61,214 bases of DNA. Source: Promethearchaeota archaeon. GTDB lineage: Archaea > Asgardarchaeota > Lokiarchaeia > Sigyniarchaeales > SOKP01. The stretch spans positions 1 to 61,214 of the forward strand of contig JBHLNF010000016.1 of NCBI GenBank assembly GCA_048937405.1, in the 5' to 3' direction. Positions 60,673-61,214 of the stretch are shown one piece after another (the first letter of the stretch is position 1; every line of letters starts with the position of its first letter). Both the position numbers and the translations under genes were made by a program. Below the pieces are notes generated by a model, which worked only from the letters and a program-made list of their open reading frames with translations, made no database searches and was not told the DNA's origin.

Positions 60673-61114
60673 TAAAGATAAAATTCTTGAAAACTATGTA
60701 GAACCAGATATTACCATAGAATACATATTTATTGAGAAGGCTGATAAACAGGTCAAACCTATAAATGATGATCAAGGGTATCTAATGGGATTTTTTAATC
60801 TTTTTATCACGGGCACTTTTAAAAATGACAATCTTAAAGACTTTAAGAAAATGCTTTTAGATGAATTGAATTATTGCGTAAAGACATATGATCACTTCAA
60901 ATCAGAAGATATTGATTTAGAAGAATATAAATTTGGGCTTATAGACAATGATCGAAATGTCAAAGAATTCAATGAAATGGATGAAGTTTTTTTTCAGGCT
61001 TTATTAGGTTCCCTTCGAAATTTAATGATTGTAGATAAAAATTTCGATATTGAAGAATTCAAGCTTCATAAGATCTTTAATCGTTGGTTTGATGAATACA
61101 CTAATAGAGTATAA
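60665..61114 (+). CDS. Hypothetical acidic protein (149 aa)
   Basis: ORF overlaps the ABC stop by 8 nt, so it is probably co-transcribed. Confidence 0.65.
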   Translation: MPDKDKILENYVEPDITIEYIFIEKADKQVKPINDDQGYLMGFFNLFITGTFKNDNLKDFKKMLLDELNYCVKTYDHFKSEDIDLEEYKFGLIDNDRNVKEFNEMDEVFFQALLGSLRNLMIVDKNFDIEEFKLHKIFNRWFDEYTNRV

Positions 61115-61214
61115 TTCCTCTTTGATTTATAAAATTAGATTCCTTTTTCTAAATAAAAAAAGAAAGTAAATGATTTTTTTTGAAAATTTTTTATTCAATC
61201 AGCGATTTTAGCTA

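Noticed and set aside
1-61214. CRISPR arrays, tRNA/rRNA genes, IS elements or prophage
   Set aside because: No spaced direct repeats, GC-rich structural RNA blocks, transposase/integrase ORFs or terminal repeats were seen by eye. A covariance-model scan was not possible.

Overview
A very AT-rich, densely coding prokaryotic window with no rRNA, tRNA, CRISPR array or transposase that I can detect. Gene content and style point to an anaerobic archaeon, most likely Asgard/Lokiarchaeia (inference): GGTGA/GAGGTG-type Shine-Dalgarno (SD) sites, an HdrA-MvhD fusion, an eIF2B-like protein, an LRR-TIR protein, expanded thiolase/MaoC paralogues and a CAD-like carbamoyl-phosphate synthase. The left part (1-23 kb) holds por and kor 2-oxoacid:ferredoxin oxidoreductase operons, hdrA-mvhD, an ADP-forming acyl-CoA ligase alpha subunit, a secreted metallopeptidase, pyrG, abfD and a 950-aa repeat protein. 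The middle (23-49 kb) is a roughly 26-kb acyl-CoA island. It has 4 thiolases (one catalytically dead), 2 intact and 1 truncated MaoC hydratases, 2 crotonase-family enzymes, a 3-hydroxyacyl-CoA dehydrogenase, an MFE-2-like SDR, 3 FabK/nitronate-monooxygenase (NMO) flavoproteins, 2 Cys-rich Fe-S proteins and a TetR, but no acyl-CoA dehydrogenase or ETF. An LRR-TIR gene, an alkylsulfatase and a cytoplasmic DmsAB-like pair interrupt it. The right part holds carAB, an Lrp/AsnC-domain protein, a GNAT and a heterodimeric ABC exporter. Most notable: (1) three otherwise intact genes (korB, dmsA-like, Lrp/AsnC) need N-terminal extensions that lack any in-frame ATG/GTG/TTG but carry ATA, ATA and ATC at SD-typical spacing, which suggests non-canonical initiation; (2) the acyl-CoA island with a FabK/NMO + Fe-S module and a pseudo-thiolase; (3) a soluble LRR-TIR-coiled-coil protein; (4) a half-LIM-like zinc finger with a poly-Asp tail.
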